From positions 344 to 32,343 of the forward strand of contig NQJD01000030.1 of NCBI GenBank assembly GCA_004284765.1: 32,000 bases of DNA. The letters run 5' to 3'. Every line of letters starts with the position of its first letter. The stretch's first letter is position 1. The stretch comes from Candidatus Electronema aureum (GTDB taxonomy: Bacteria > Desulfobacterota > Desulfobulbia > Desulfobulbales > Desulfobulbaceae). Shown here piece by piece: positions 14,585 through 28,372 of the stretch. A program made the position numbers and the translations under genes. The notes below the pieces were generated by a model, which saw only the letters and a program-made list of their open reading frames with translations, searched no databases and was not told where the DNA came from.

Positions 14585-16168
14585 TGACTCAGTTTCTTTT
14601 ATTTTGAGCAGCAGTCTTTTCTCAGCTACCCAGATCAGTCCCAGCACCGGCAGGCCCAGCAGGGCTGTGGCCAAGAAGAACCGCTCATAGCCCCAGGCTG
14701 TGGCCATTGTGCCGGAATAGCCGCCGAGGAGCTTGGGCAGCAGGGTCATCAGTGAGCTGAAGAGCGCGTACTGCATGGCGGTGAAGGAGATGTTGGTCAA
14801 ACCGGCGAGAAAGGCGACAAAGGCGGCGGAGGCCAAGCCCGCGCTGAGGTTGTCCGCCGCGATGACCAACGAGAGCAGCGGCACGTTGGCCCCGGCCTGC
14901 GCCAGCAGGAGGAAGAGCAGGTTGGTCAGGCTGGAGAGCAGCGCACCGAGGAAGAGCATCCGCATCACACCGTAGCGCACGGTCAGGGTGCCGCCGACAA
15001 AGCCGCCGAGCAGGGTCATGAAGAGGCCGAAGGTCTTGGTCACGCTGGCGATGACTTCCTTGGAGAAGCCGATATCTTGATAAAACAGATTGGAGACCAC
15101 GCCCAGGAGGATGTCGGAGATGCGGTACAGGCCGATCAGGGCGAGGAGCAGGAGTGAGGTCTGGAGGCCGTAGCGACGGAAGAAGTCCAGCACCGGGCTG
15201 ATGTAGGTCTCGCTGACCATGCCGCTGTCGGCGAGATTGGCGCGGATGAGCAGGACAGCGGCCGCCAAGGCGGCGCAGGCGGCAAAGAGCAAGCGGCCTG
15301 TCTCGGCCAGCAGGGAGGAGAAGGGAGCCAGCTCGCTGCCCAAGGCGGAGCTGAACAGGCCCTTGAACAGCCCGTCCAGTGCCAGCACCACGCCGCCGCT
15401 GAGGAAGAAGACGCAGGCAAAGACTGCGGCGGCGCAGAGGAAGAGCAGCAGGAAGCGCAGGTAATAGCTGGCCGGATAATAGACCTTCTTCCGGTTCGCC
15501 GCTGGTTCCGGGATGAGCAGTGTGGTGATGACTCCAGCCAGCATGACCGCTGCCATGATCAGATAGCTGCCCTGCCAGGCGGCGTAGTTGTACGCCTCCA
15601 TGCTCGTGCCAAACCAAGCGGCGAGATACAGCGCGCCTGCCCCGGCAGCCAGCATTCCCAAGCGGTAGCCCGCAATATAGGCCGAGGAGAGCAGGGCTTG
15701 CAGCTCCTGCTCCGCGCATTCAATCCGGTAGGCATCAATGACAATGTCCTGCGTAGCCGAGGACAAGCCGAGCAACACCGCCGCAACGGCCATCATGGTC
15801 AGCGTTTGCCCGCCCGCCGCTGGGTTGATCATGGCCATCAGGCAGATGGCGGCAATCACTGCCAGCTGCGCCGTCAGCAGCCAAGCGCGCCGCCGCCCCA
15901 GCCTTTTGGTCAGCAGCGGCAAGGGCAGGGTGTCCACCAGCGGTGCCCAGACGAACTTGAAGGAATAGGCCAAGGCGGCCCAGCTGAAATAGGTGACTGT
16001 GGAGCGGTCAACGCCCGCCTCGCGCAGCCAGAGCGAGAGGCTGGAGAAGATCAGCAGGATGGGCAGCCCGGCGGAAAAGCCGAACAGGAGCATGGTCAGC
16101 ACTCTGGGGTGCAGCCAGGCCCGCATGGTCTCGCGCCAGTTCTTCGCCGCCGCGTTCTCTACACTCAT
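14576..16168 (-). CDS. ampG: AmpG-family muropeptide MFS permease
   Basis: Polytopic MFS protein with an AmpG-like N-terminus (LLFGFSAGLPILLIFSSLSLWLREAGV...FKFVWAPLVD). The start is ATG 16168 or 16180. Its 3' end overlaps the convergent GGDEF gene by 9 nt. Confidence 0.8.
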   Translation of the reverse strand: MSVENAAAKNWRETMRAWLHPRVLTMLLFGFSAGLPILLIFSSLSLWLREAGVDRSTVTYFSWAALAYSFKFVWAPLVDTLPLPLLTKRLGRRRAWLLTAQLAVIAAICLMAMINPAAGGQTLTMMAVAAVLLGLSSATQDIVIDAYRIECAEQELQALLSSAYIAGYRLGMLAAGAGALYLAAWFGTSMEAYNYAAWQGSYLIMAAVMLAGVITTLLIPEPAANRKKVYYPASYYLRFLLLFLCAAAVFACVFFLSGGVVLALDGLFKGLFSSALGSELAPFSSLLAETGRLLFAACAALAAAVLLIRANLADSGMVSETYISPVLDFFRRYGLQTSLLLLALIGLYRISDILLGVVSNLFYQDIGFSKEVIASVTKTFGLFMTLLGGFVGGTLTVRYGVMRMLFLGALLSSLTNLLFLLLAQAGANVPLLSLVIAADNLSAGLASAAFVAFLAGLTNISFTAMQYALFSSLMTLLPKLLGGYSGTMATAWGYERFFLATALLGLPVLGLIWVAEKRLLLKIKETESLD

Positions 16169-16255
16169 GTAGTTGTCCATTATTCACAACTGTGTTATTT
16201 TGAAGGAAAGCGGGAAGCACCCGGCACCTATTCTATCCTTGCACGAAATCATCCG

Positions 16256-17728
<1,473 letters not shown>

Positions 17729-17938
17729 TTTTCGTCCTACCGGAATCGGTAGCCCGACTCGCTGGGTTACAATGATGCATCCACCTGCGTACGATTATTC
17801 ACAGGATGGGAAGTGAAGTATTTCGTCACCATTTGGTAATCAACAATCCAACAACCAGCTCGTCCGACTTGATTTAACGAATTTTTCCTGTACACTGCCG
17901 GAATCCCCTAACTATCAGCCGCAGTGTAAAGAAAAACC

Positions 17939-19726
17939 ATGTCCAAAATACGCATCCTCTCCGATCAGCTTGCCAGCCGCATCGCCGCTGGTGAAGTCGT
18001 TGAACGCCCTGCCTCTGCCGTTAAGGAGCTGCTGGAAAACGCCCTTGATGCTGGAGCCAGCAGGATCGAGATTCAGGTGGAGGATGACGGCACCCGCCTG
18101 ATCAGGGTAGCGGACAACGGCTGCGGCATGGATCAGGATGACGTGCTGCTCTGCCTCGAGCGCCATGCCACCTCTAAATTGACCGAGAAAAGCCAACTTG
18201 ATGCCATCGCCACGCTCGGTTTTCGAGGCGAAGCTTTGCCCAGCATCGCCTCGGTCTCGCGGCTGACCATCCTCTCGCGTACCCACGAGGCGACATCAGG
18301 CACACGGGCCGAGGTGCGTTGCGGCATTCTCCACGATCTGCACGAAGACGGCTGCGCCTGCGGCACTATTGTTGAAATTCGCAATCTCTTCGCTAACATC
18401 CCAGCACGGCGCAAATTTCTCAAAAGCAAACGCACTGAACTGGCGCATATTGAGGAAGTTATTCGCAGTCAAGCTCTGGCCTACCCAGAAGTCAGTTTTT
18501 CTCTGCACATCGATGAGCGCAAGACCCTCGACCTGCCCGCCGCCAGCCCGGAGCAGCGGTTGCGTGACGTGTTTCGCTGGCCGGAGGAAAAGTTGCTTGT
18601 GATTGAGGCCAGCGGCGGTAGCTTGGCTGTGTACGGCTGGCTTTTGCCAAGCGGAACAACGGTTGGCCTACTGCGGATTTGCGTCAACCGGCGGCCTGTG
18701 CAGGATCGGATGCTGCGCCATGCGGTAGCGGAAGGGATGCAGAGTTTGCTGATGAAGGGCCAGCAGCCTGCGGGTGGGCTGCTGCTGAAGCTGTCCCCAG
18801 AGCTGGCGGATATCAACGTGCATCCTGCTAAGCGGGAAATTCGTTTCCGTAATTCCGGCGAGGTGCATCAGGCAGTGGTAAAGGCTGTGGTCGAAGCGGT
18901 GCGGCAGCAGCAGGGGCAGCTGCGCTCGCAGCTTTTTGCGGTGCCGAAACAAATGGAGCCGGTTGCTCCGCCTGTCTTTCATGAGACTTCTTGCATGACC
19001 GCCCCTGCGCTCAGTGGCTGCTGCGATGTAGGGGCGAAAAATTTTTCACCCCTACAGGTGCGGCTTCCGCAAGGGGTCTGTGTTGCCGAGCCGCAGCCGC
19101 AGTTCCGGGAGCAATTTGCCAAGCTGCCGGAAATGCGGCCCCTGTTGCTTGAGCCGAAACGTGGTGGCCTGCGTTTGATCGGCCAATTGCTCAACCTTTA
19201 CCTGCTTTGTGAACATGAAGGCCAGCTGGTGGTGATTGATCAGCACGCGGCCCATGAGCGGATTATCTATCAGCAGCTGCGGGAAAATTACGAGCAGCGG
19301 CAGCCAGTCAGCCAAACACTGCTCTTTCCGGTTACAGTGGAGCTTAAACCGGAACATGCTGATATCTTGGAAAAGAAAGGAGAAATGATCTCCGCACTCG
19401 GCTTGGAGGCGGAGTTCTTCGGCGGCAGCACGTGGATCATCAAAACTCTGCCTGCTCTGGCTGCACATCTTCCACCGCAGGAGATATTACTTGAAATTAT
19501 AGATGGTTTGTCCTCTTCCGTGCCTGAACATGTTAATAAAATGCTTGCTGCTTTGGCCTGCAAGGCAGCGGTTAAGGCGGGAAACCGTCTTCAGCCAGAG
19601 GAAATGCTGAAGCTTTTAGAGCAGATGGGTGAATGTACGACCTTCTCGCATTGCCCCCACGGTCGTCCGGTGCTAAAGTTTTTTTCCCAACAAGAAATGG
19701 AAAAATGGTTCAAACGAGGAGGATGA
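17939..19726 (+). CDS. mutL: DNA mismatch repair protein MutL
   Basis: The GHKL ATPase N-terminus is present (IAAGEVVERPASAVKELLENALDAGA, DNGCGM). The C-terminal dimerisation/endonuclease region contains DQHAAHERI. Confidence 0.95.
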   Translation: MSKIRILSDQLASRIAAGEVVERPASAVKELLENALDAGASRIEIQVEDDGTRLIRVADNGCGMDQDDVLLCLERHATSKLTEKSQLDAIATLGFRGEALPSIASVSRLTILSRTHEATSGTRAEVRCGILHDLHEDGCACGTIVEIRNLFANIPARRKFLKSKRTELAHIEEVIRSQALAYPEVSFSLHIDERKTLDLPAASPEQRLRDVFRWPEEKLLVIEASGGSLAVYGWLLPSGTTVGLLRICVNRRPVQDRMLRHAVAEGMQSLLMKGQQPAGGLLLKLSPELADINVHPAKREIRFRNSGEVHQAVVKAVVEAVRQQQGQLRSQLFAVPKQMEPVAPPVFHETSCMTAPALSGCCDVGAKNFSPLQVRLPQGVCVAEPQPQFREQFAKLPEMRPLLLEPKRGGLRLIGQLLNLYLLCEHEGQLVVIDQHAAHERIIYQQLRENYEQRQPVSQTLLFPVTVELKPEHADILEKKGEMISALGLEAEFFGGSTWIIKTLPALAAHLPPQEILLEIIDGLSSSVPEHVNKMLAALACKAAVKAGNRLQPEEMLKLLEQMGECTTFSHCPHGRPVLKFFSQQEMEKWFKRGG

Positions 19727-19793
19727 TATTTTCTGCTTAATTTTGAAGTTTAAGCCTTTCAATGGGCAGAAGTCAACCGGAACTCATAAAAAT

Positions 19794-19822
19794 TGACACG
19801 GGCATATTTTTTTCGTATCCTT
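19794..19822 (+). promoter_or_regulatory. sigma70-type promoter candidate
   Basis: TTGACA (19794-19799), a 17-nt spacer, then TATCCT (19817-19822). It lies about 80 nt upstream of the 104-aa ORF. Confidence 0.4.
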
Positions 19823-19901
19823 TAATTAGGAATGATTATCAATACCGAAAAGAAGGGACATGTAGGGGGAACATGTTCAATCATCGAGGGAGGATACGAT
19901 C

Positions 19902-20216
19902 ATGAGGAAATATATCATCGTACTACTTGCAATCACGGCACTAATTACAGGTCAAGCGTATGCCGACGAGGCCAAGAAGACTTGCGTTAGAGGATACGGA
20001 AAAACTGCTGCTGAAGCCTTTGCACTGGGAGTAAAGCTGGCGGAAAGCAAGGATGCGGAACTGGGCAAAAAACACTATCTTCGAGCAGACACCCGCATCC
20101 GCGTTCTACCGGAAAAGGTGAATGGTCTATATGTGGTTGAGGTCTATTCCTCGCGCAAGGGTGCTTGTGATTTGAAACTTGAAGGTGCTATTGCAGACAC
20201 TGTTGTTGAACCGTAA
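19902..20216 (+). CDS. small exported hypothetical protein
   Basis: 104 aa. GAGGGAGGA precedes the ATG. A signal peptide is present (MRKYIIVLLAITALITGQAYA|DE), and there are two Cys residues. I recognise no family. Confidence 0.5.
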   Translation: MRKYIIVLLAITALITGQAYADEAKKTCVRGYGKTAAEAFALGVKLAESKDAELGKKHYLRADTRIRVLPEKVNGLYVVEVYSSRKGACDLKLEGAIADTVVEP

Positions 20217-20241
20217 AGATGGCCTCTGCGTTGTGGCTCGG

Positions 20242-20273
20242 CCCGTCATGTGCAAAGCATGACGGGATTTTTA
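20242..20273 (+). terminator. intrinsic terminator
   Basis: CCCGTCATG-tgcaaag-CATGACGGG forms a 9-bp stem, followed by ATTTTTA. It sits immediately after the 104-aa ORF and abuts the folP stop. Confidence 0.7.
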
Positions 20274-21077
20274 TTCCACCTGTGATGTCAGTACCTCAGT
20301 CAAGCGCACCGCCGCCACTGTTTTTCCAATTTCATGCACCCGCAGAATATCAGCCCCTTGCTGGGCGCATAAAGCCGAGACCACCGCTGTCGCAGAATCT
20401 CGTTCTTCCACTGGCAGGCCAAGCAGTTTGCCAAAAAAGGATTTGCGCGAATGGCCGATCAGCACAGGAAAGCCGAGCTGTTTGAATGCGTGAATGTTGC
20501 GCAAGATGGCGAGGTTGTGTGCCAAGGTTTTGCCGAAACCAATACCAGGATCGATGATGATCCGCTCTCGGCTGATGCCCTGCGCTTGCATCCACGCTGT
20601 CCGTTCTTGAAAAAAGGCACAGATTTCTGCAATCACGTCGCTATATTGCGGAGCAAGCTGCATGTCGCCGGGCTTGCCCTGCATGTGCATGATGATCACT
20701 GGGCAAGCAACGTCCTGCGCCACCTTAATCATACTTGCATCATGACGGAGTGCGGAAATGTCGTTGATCATCGTCGCTCCGGCGGCAAGAGCAGCCCGCG
20801 CCACTGCGGCCTTGGTGGTGTCGATGGAAATCGACAGATCAGCAGACAACGAACGGATAACCCGGATGGCCGGAATAACCCGCTGTAACTCCTCCTGCTC
20901 GGCAACCGGTTGCGCAAAAGGTCGGGTTGATTCGCCGCCCACGTCGATGATATCCACGCCCTCATCCATCATCCTGCGCACTTGACTGAGCAAAGCCTGC
21001 TCATCAGCAAAGCTGCCGCCGTCGGAAAAAGAATCTGGGGTGACGTTCAGAATGCCCATGATCTGCGGGTGGTTCAT
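20271..21077 (-). CDS. folP: dihydropteroate synthase
   Basis: MNHPQIMGILNVTPDSFSDGG and the rest of the pterin-binding domain. ATG 21077 has the best spacing from GGAGG; ATG 21080 is the alternative. The ORF-track start at 21095 is a TTG inside the terminator T-tract. Confidence 0.9.
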   Translation of the reverse strand: MNHPQIMGILNVTPDSFSDGGSFADEQALLSQVRRMMDEGVDIIDVGGESTRPFAQPVAEQEELQRVIPAIRVIRSLSADLSISIDTTKAAVARAALAAGATMINDISALRHDASMIKVAQDVACPVIIMHMQGKPGDMQLAPQYSDVIAEICAFFQERTAWMQAQGISRERIIIDPGIGFGKTLAHNLAILRNIHAFKQLGFPVLIGHSRKSFFGKLLGLPVEERDSATAVVSALCAQQGADILRVHEIGKTVAAVRLTEVLTSQVE

Positions 21078-21092
21078 CATTGCCTCCGTCTG

Positions 21093-21126
21093 CAAAAAAG
21101 AAAAGGCGCAGGTTTATCCTGCGCCT
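21093..21126 (-). terminator. intrinsic terminator/attenuator between ftsH and folP
   Basis: On the minus strand, AGGCGCAGG-ataaa-CCTGCGCCT forms a 9-bp stem, followed by TTTTCTTTTTTG. Confidence 0.7.
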
Positions 21127-21153
21127 CGTTGTTCTCAGGTAGAAAAAACGTTC

Positions 21154-23007
21154 TTAGATTGCTGCCGCTTCCGATGGAGCAGCTACGGAAGTTTCTTCCT
21201 TCCTTAGCCCGCCGATGAGCCGATCAATATCTTCAAGCGTGATGGTTTCTTTTTCCAACAGCTCGTCGGCCACGGCCTTCAGGATGTCCTTATTTTCCGT
21301 TAGCAGGGTCTCAGTTTCTTCCGCAGCCTTCTCGATGATATTCTTGACTACTTCATCAATGCGGCGGGCAGTGTCCTCGCTATAATCGCGCTGCTGGGCG
21401 ATTTCACGACCAAGGAAAACCTGCTCCTCTTTCTTGCCGTAGGCCAGTGGCCCCAGCTCCTCGCTCATACCCCACTCGCAAACCATCCTGCGAACTAAGT
21501 CGCTCGCCCGTTCAATGTCGTTGCCAGAGCCGGTGGTGATCTCACCAAAAATGATTTTCTCCGCTGTCCAGCCGCCGTAGAGTATCTTGATGGTGTTCAG
21601 GAGAAACTTCTTAGAATGAGTGTACTTCTCATCGGTGGGGAGCTGCATAGTCAAACCAAGTGCACGACCACGTGGAATGATCGTTACCTTGTGAACGGGG
21701 TCAGTGCCCGGTAACAGACGGGCGACTATCGCATGACCAGCTTCGTGATAGGCGGTGATCTCCTTTTCCTGCTCGGAGATAATCATTGACTTGCGCTCCG
21801 CACCCATCATCACCTTGTCCTTGGCCTTTTCTAACAGCTCATTGGTGATTTCTTCTGCACCCTGCCGGGCTGCCATCAAGGCGGCTTCGTTGACTAAGTT
21901 CTCTAAATCCGCGCCAGAAAAACCGGGAGTGCCACGCGCGATCACCGCCATATCTACCTCGGCAGACATCTTGGTCTTTCTCCCGTAAATCTCCAGTATC
22001 ATCTGCCGCCCCTTGATATCAGGAATCGGTACCACCACCAGACGGTCGAAGCGGCCCGGACGAAGCAGGGCAGGATCGAGTACGTCAGGCCGATTGGTAG
22101 CAGCGATGATGATCACGCCGTCATTGGCGTTAAAGCCGTCCATCTCCACTAAGAGTTGGTTGAGGGTCTGCTCGCGCTCGTCATGACCACCACCTAACCC
22201 AGCCCCACGATGCCGACCAACCGCGTCAATTTCATCGATGAAGATGATGCACGGAGCGTTTTTCATACCCTGCGTAAACAAATCACGCACGCGCGAGGCA
22301 CCCACACCGACAAACATCTCAACAAAATCGGAACCAGAAATGGTGAAAAACGGCACCCCAGCTTCACCAGCAATCGCCTTGGCAAGCAAGGTCTTGCCCG
22401 TACCCGGAGGGCCAGCCAAAAGCACACCCTTGGGGATACGCCCGCCGAGCTTCGTAAATCGCTCTGGATCCTTCAGGAAATCAATGATCTCCTCCAGCTC
22501 TGCCTTGGCCTCATCAATGCCCGCTACATCCTTGAAGGTGATTTTAACCTCACCTTCCTGCTGCATCTTAGCTCTGGTGCGGCCAAAACCAAGCGCACCG
22601 CCCTTACCACCGCCCATCTGCATCTGGCGCATGAAGAAAACCCACACGCCGATCAACAGCAGCATCGGGAACCAAGAAATGAAAATCGACAGCCAGAGGG
22701 ATTCCCGGTCAGTTTCCTTGACCGTGATCTCGACTCCCGCCTTGCGCAGCATGGGAATCAGCTCGGCATCATGCGGCATCATGGTGACAAAGGGACGACC
22801 ATCGGCAGTTGAGCCGACCAATTTGTCGCCCTTGACTGTGACTTTATCAATCGCCTTGCTCTCGACATTGACCAAAAATTGGCTATAGCTCAGGTCGATG
22901 CTACTGCTGATCTGCCGTTCGGTTCCAGTGCCAAGTAGCTTGACCAGCACAATTGCAGTTAGCCCGATCACCAGCCACATGCTCAGATTCTTATAAAAAT
23001 TATTCAT
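21154..23007 (-). CDS. ftsH: ATP-dependent zinc metalloprotease FtsH
   Basis: Walker A GPPGTGKT, the AAA second region of homology, the zinc site HEAGHA, and two N-terminal transmembrane segments. Confidence 0.95.
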   Translation of the reverse strand: MNNFYKNLSMWLVIGLTAIVLVKLLGTGTERQISSSIDLSYSQFLVNVESKAIDKVTVKGDKLVGSTADGRPFVTMMPHDAELIPMLRKAGVEITVKETDRESLWLSIFISWFPMLLLIGVWVFFMRQMQMGGGKGGALGFGRTRAKMQQEGEVKITFKDVAGIDEAKAELEEIIDFLKDPERFTKLGGRIPKGVLLAGPPGTGKTLLAKAIAGEAGVPFFTISGSDFVEMFVGVGASRVRDLFTQGMKNAPCIIFIDEIDAVGRHRGAGLGGGHDEREQTLNQLLVEMDGFNANDGVIIIAATNRPDVLDPALLRPGRFDRLVVVPIPDIKGRQMILEIYGRKTKMSAEVDMAVIARGTPGFSGADLENLVNEAALMAARQGAEEITNELLEKAKDKVMMGAERKSMIISEQEKEITAYHEAGHAIVARLLPGTDPVHKVTIIPRGRALGLTMQLPTDEKYTHSKKFLLNTIKILYGGWTAEKIIFGEITTGSGNDIERASDLVRRMVCEWGMSEELGPLAYGKKEEQVFLGREIAQQRDYSEDTARRIDEVVKNIIEKAAEETETLLTENKDILKAVADELLEKETITLEDIDRLIGGLRKEETSVAAPSEAAAI

Positions 23008-23085
23008 GCCTCTACAGGGGAATTATGAGTTGAGGACATCTCTCCGGCACAGTGCCTTCGGGTCAAGGTATGACCTTACTGCGGT

Positions 23086-26313
<3,228 letters not shown>

Positions 26314-26319
26314 GGCGAA

Positions 26320-26529
26320 CTGTGCGAAAATATTTAAGCTGACAGGCAGCGGTCCTTTTGAAAGGGAGAATGTTCTTTTGCTGGCTGCGAACGGCGCATT
26401 CCGGGCGAAAAACGGCCTGTTCCCGGCTGCGAATGGCCCGTTTGAGGCTGGCAATGACCCATTGCCAACTGACAACGTCGCAGTGCCAGTGTCAAATGCG
26501 GCATTTCCAGCCGGGAACGCCTCATTGCT
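26320..26529. repeat. ten phased 21-bp units filling the carA-carB spacer, each with an AAyG-N3-CrTT palindromic core
   Basis: When cut every 21 nt from 26320, column 8 is A in 10/10 units, column 9 is A in 9/10, and column 11 is G in 9/10. Columns 17 and 18 are T in 8/10 and 9/10. The seven best units span 26383-26529; examples are GAACGgcgCATTC, CAATGaccCATTG and AAATGcggCATTT. Confidence 0.8.
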
Positions 26530-26533
26530 GCTG

Positions 26534-27643
26534 TTATCTCCGCCCTTCCATCAAGCCGATGAAGCGGTCGAAGAGGTAAACGGCATCGTGCGGGCCGGGC
26601 GCGTGTTCCGGGTGATACTGGACGGAAAAGGCGGGGTATTCTTTGTGCCGCATCCCCTCAAGGCTGCCGTCGTTGAGGTTGATGTGCGTGACTTCGACGC
26701 TGGCGGGCAGGCTTTGCGGGTCAACGCAGAAGCCGTGGTTCTGCGAGGTGATCTCCACTTTGCCAGTCTGCAAATCCTTCACCGGCTGATTGCCGCCGCG
26801 ATGTCCGAACTTCAGCTTGAAGGTTGTGCCGCCATACGCCAAGCCGAGCATCTGATGGCCGAGGCAGATGCCGAAGATCGGCTTCTTGCCGAGCAGGGCG
26901 CGGATGTTCTCGACCACGCCTTCCACGCCCGCTGGGTCGCCGGGGCCGTTGGAGAGAAACACGCCGTCCGGGTTCAGGGCCAAAACCTCTGCTGCCGGAG
27001 TTTTCGCAGGCACGACCAGAACGCTGCACCCCTTTTCGGCCAGAATGCGCAGCTGATTGTATTTGATGCCGAAGTCATAAGCCACGACCTTGAACCTGCC
27101 GCCCGCCGGGAAGGTGTGACCTGCGGCCGGGCCACCGTTGCTCCAGGTGTAGGAACGGGCGGTGCTCACGTTTGCCACCATGTCTTGACCAACCAAGCCT
27201 GCCCAGTTCCGCGCTTTTTCCACTAATGAAGCCTCGCTGAGGTCTTCGGTGGAGATGACCGCCTTCATCGCCCCGCGCTTGCGGATGATCCGGGTCAGCA
27301 TCCGGGTGTCGAAACCCTCGATGCCGAGCACCCCGAACTTGCAGAGGAAGTCGGCCAAGGTGCCGCTGGCGCGGTAGTTGCTCGGCACGGCCTGATATTC
27401 GCGCATCAGGAAGGCGCGGGGATGCGCGGCGGCGGATTCCATGTCCTCCGGGTTGATGCCGTAGTTGCCGATCAGCGGGTAGGTCATCGTCACCATCTGG
27501 CCGGTGTAGGAGGGGTCGGTCAGGATTTCCTGATAGCCGCTCATGCTGGTGTTGAACACGATTTCCCCGGCTGCCTCGCCCGCCCCGGTGAAGGAGCGGC
27601 CAGTCAGCACAGTGCCGTCTTCAAGCGCGATTAGTGCTTTCAT
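26534..27643 (-). CDS. carA: carbamoyl-phosphate synthase small (glutaminase) subunit
   Basis: [19 protein letters not shown]-type N-terminus and a class I amidotransferase triad region (GICLGHQ, HGF...H.E). Confidence 0.95.
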   Translation of the reverse strand: MKALIALEDGTVLTGRSFTGAGEAAGEIVFNTSMSGYQEILTDPSYTGQMVTMTYPLIGNYGINPEDMESAAAHPRAFLMREYQAVPSNYRASGTLADFLCKFGVLGIEGFDTRMLTRIIRKRGAMKAVISTEDLSEASLVEKARNWAGLVGQDMVANVSTARSYTWSNGGPAAGHTFPAGGRFKVVAYDFGIKYNQLRILAEKGCSVLVVPAKTPAAEVLALNPDGVFLSNGPGDPAGVEGVVENIRALLGKKPIFGICLGHQMLGLAYGGTTFKLKFGHRGGNQPVKDLQTGKVEITSQNHGFCVDPQSLPASVEVTHINLNDGSLEGMRHKEYPAFSVQYHPEHAPGPHDAVYLFDRFIGLMEGRR

Positions 27644-27666
27644 ATAAATTGTTTTTCAGATTGAGA

Positions 27667-27900
27667 TCACCCGCTGTTGCGCTGCAAAGCAAAATGGCGC
27701 GGCGCAGTGTCAGTCGGATGCGATGATTTGTCAGCGGAGGGGGGATGAATTGGAGGCGCAACAACGTGACAGCCGGATTGAATATGTTCTGCTTCTGACT
27801 TCTTCAAGTCTTCATAAATTGCCCGCAAGTCATAATTGAATTTAGCCGCGTGCGCTTCCCGGTTTTTTCTGACTTCTTGAAGAATTTCATCAGTCGGCAT
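27667..27900 (-). CDS. putative antitoxin partner of the upstream PIN protein
   Basis: 77-aa ORF overlapping the PIN gene stop by 11 nt. The N-terminal EILQEVRKNREAHAAKFNYDLRAIYEDLKKSE resembles small partners seen downstream of this PIN subfamily. This comes from memory and was not searched. Confidence 0.45.
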   Translation of the reverse strand: MPTDEILQEVRKNREAHAAKFNYDLRAIYEDLKKSEAEHIQSGCHVVAPPIHPPSADKSSHPTDTAPRHFALQRNSG

Positions 27901-28372
27901 GGTCTTCTCCTAACAGTTCTTCAGGGGTGCAGATGAAAGGAAGAAACAGGTCTATTTCGTTCAAGTATGAGGAGATATTTCTCTGGATTTCAGGATTCGC
28001 GATGTGTTTGCAATTCCATGTCAGCAGATAGTCAACCTTATGCACTGTTGCAATGGCAATATGCAGGCCATCCTCCGCCGCTTTTGCTGGAATTATTCCT
28101 CGTCCCAGCAACGCAGCGGTTATCTGAAAGGCTTCTTCGGTGATCAATAACAATGAAAAAGACTTGGCAATCTCCAAACGTTTCAGTGCTGCTTTAGGAT
28201 CCCCAGCAGCGCATTCTCGTAATACAGCCTCTGAAACCAGCAAGTCATATGCAAATCGTTTTTCCCACCATGCCGCAGTGATCTGCTGATGCGCGGCACC
28301 GATAATAGTTTTGCTTGGTCTTGCTGTCAGATAGCTGATGACAGAGGTTTCAAGATAAACTCTGCGCTTCAT
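27890..28372 (-). CDS. PIN-domain (VapC-like) toxin
   Basis: 160 aa. The N-terminal VYLETSVISYL carries the first acidic PIN residue context. Also present are EDGLHIAIATVHKVDYLLTWNCKHIAN. Its start overlaps the waaA stop (ATGA). Confidence 0.75.
   Translation of the reverse strand: MKRRVYLETSVISYLTARPSKTIIGAAHQQITAAWWEKRFAYDLLVSEAVLRECAAGDPKAALKRLEIAKSFSLLLITEEAFQITAALLGRGIIPAKAAEDGLHIAIATVHKVDYLLTWNCKHIANPEIQRNISSYLNEIDLFLPFICTPEELLGEDHAD

Noticed and set aside
15698-16255. Long N-terminal extension of the cysS ORF, which totals 676 aa in the ORF track.
   Set aside because: The extension is antisense to ampG and Arg/Gly/Gln-rich. The canonical CysS N-terminus starts at ATG 16256.
19859-19880. 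Two ACATGT hexamers 13 nt apart, plus the 10-bp palindrome GAACATGTTC, in the leader of the small exported protein gene.
   Set aside because: These are short, self-complementary and AT-neutral, and they could form a minor hairpin. They do not overlap the SD or the start codon, and nothing else supports a function.
26314-26475. 54-codon N-terminal extension of carB ([32 protein letters not shown]...) with a heptad periodicity.
   Set aside because: It starts at TTG with no SD. The canonical CarB N-terminus [16 protein letters not shown] begins at ATG 26313. The opposite strand gives an equally heptad-like open frame. The periodicity is therefore a by-product of the 21-bp palindromic DNA repeat and not evidence of coding.
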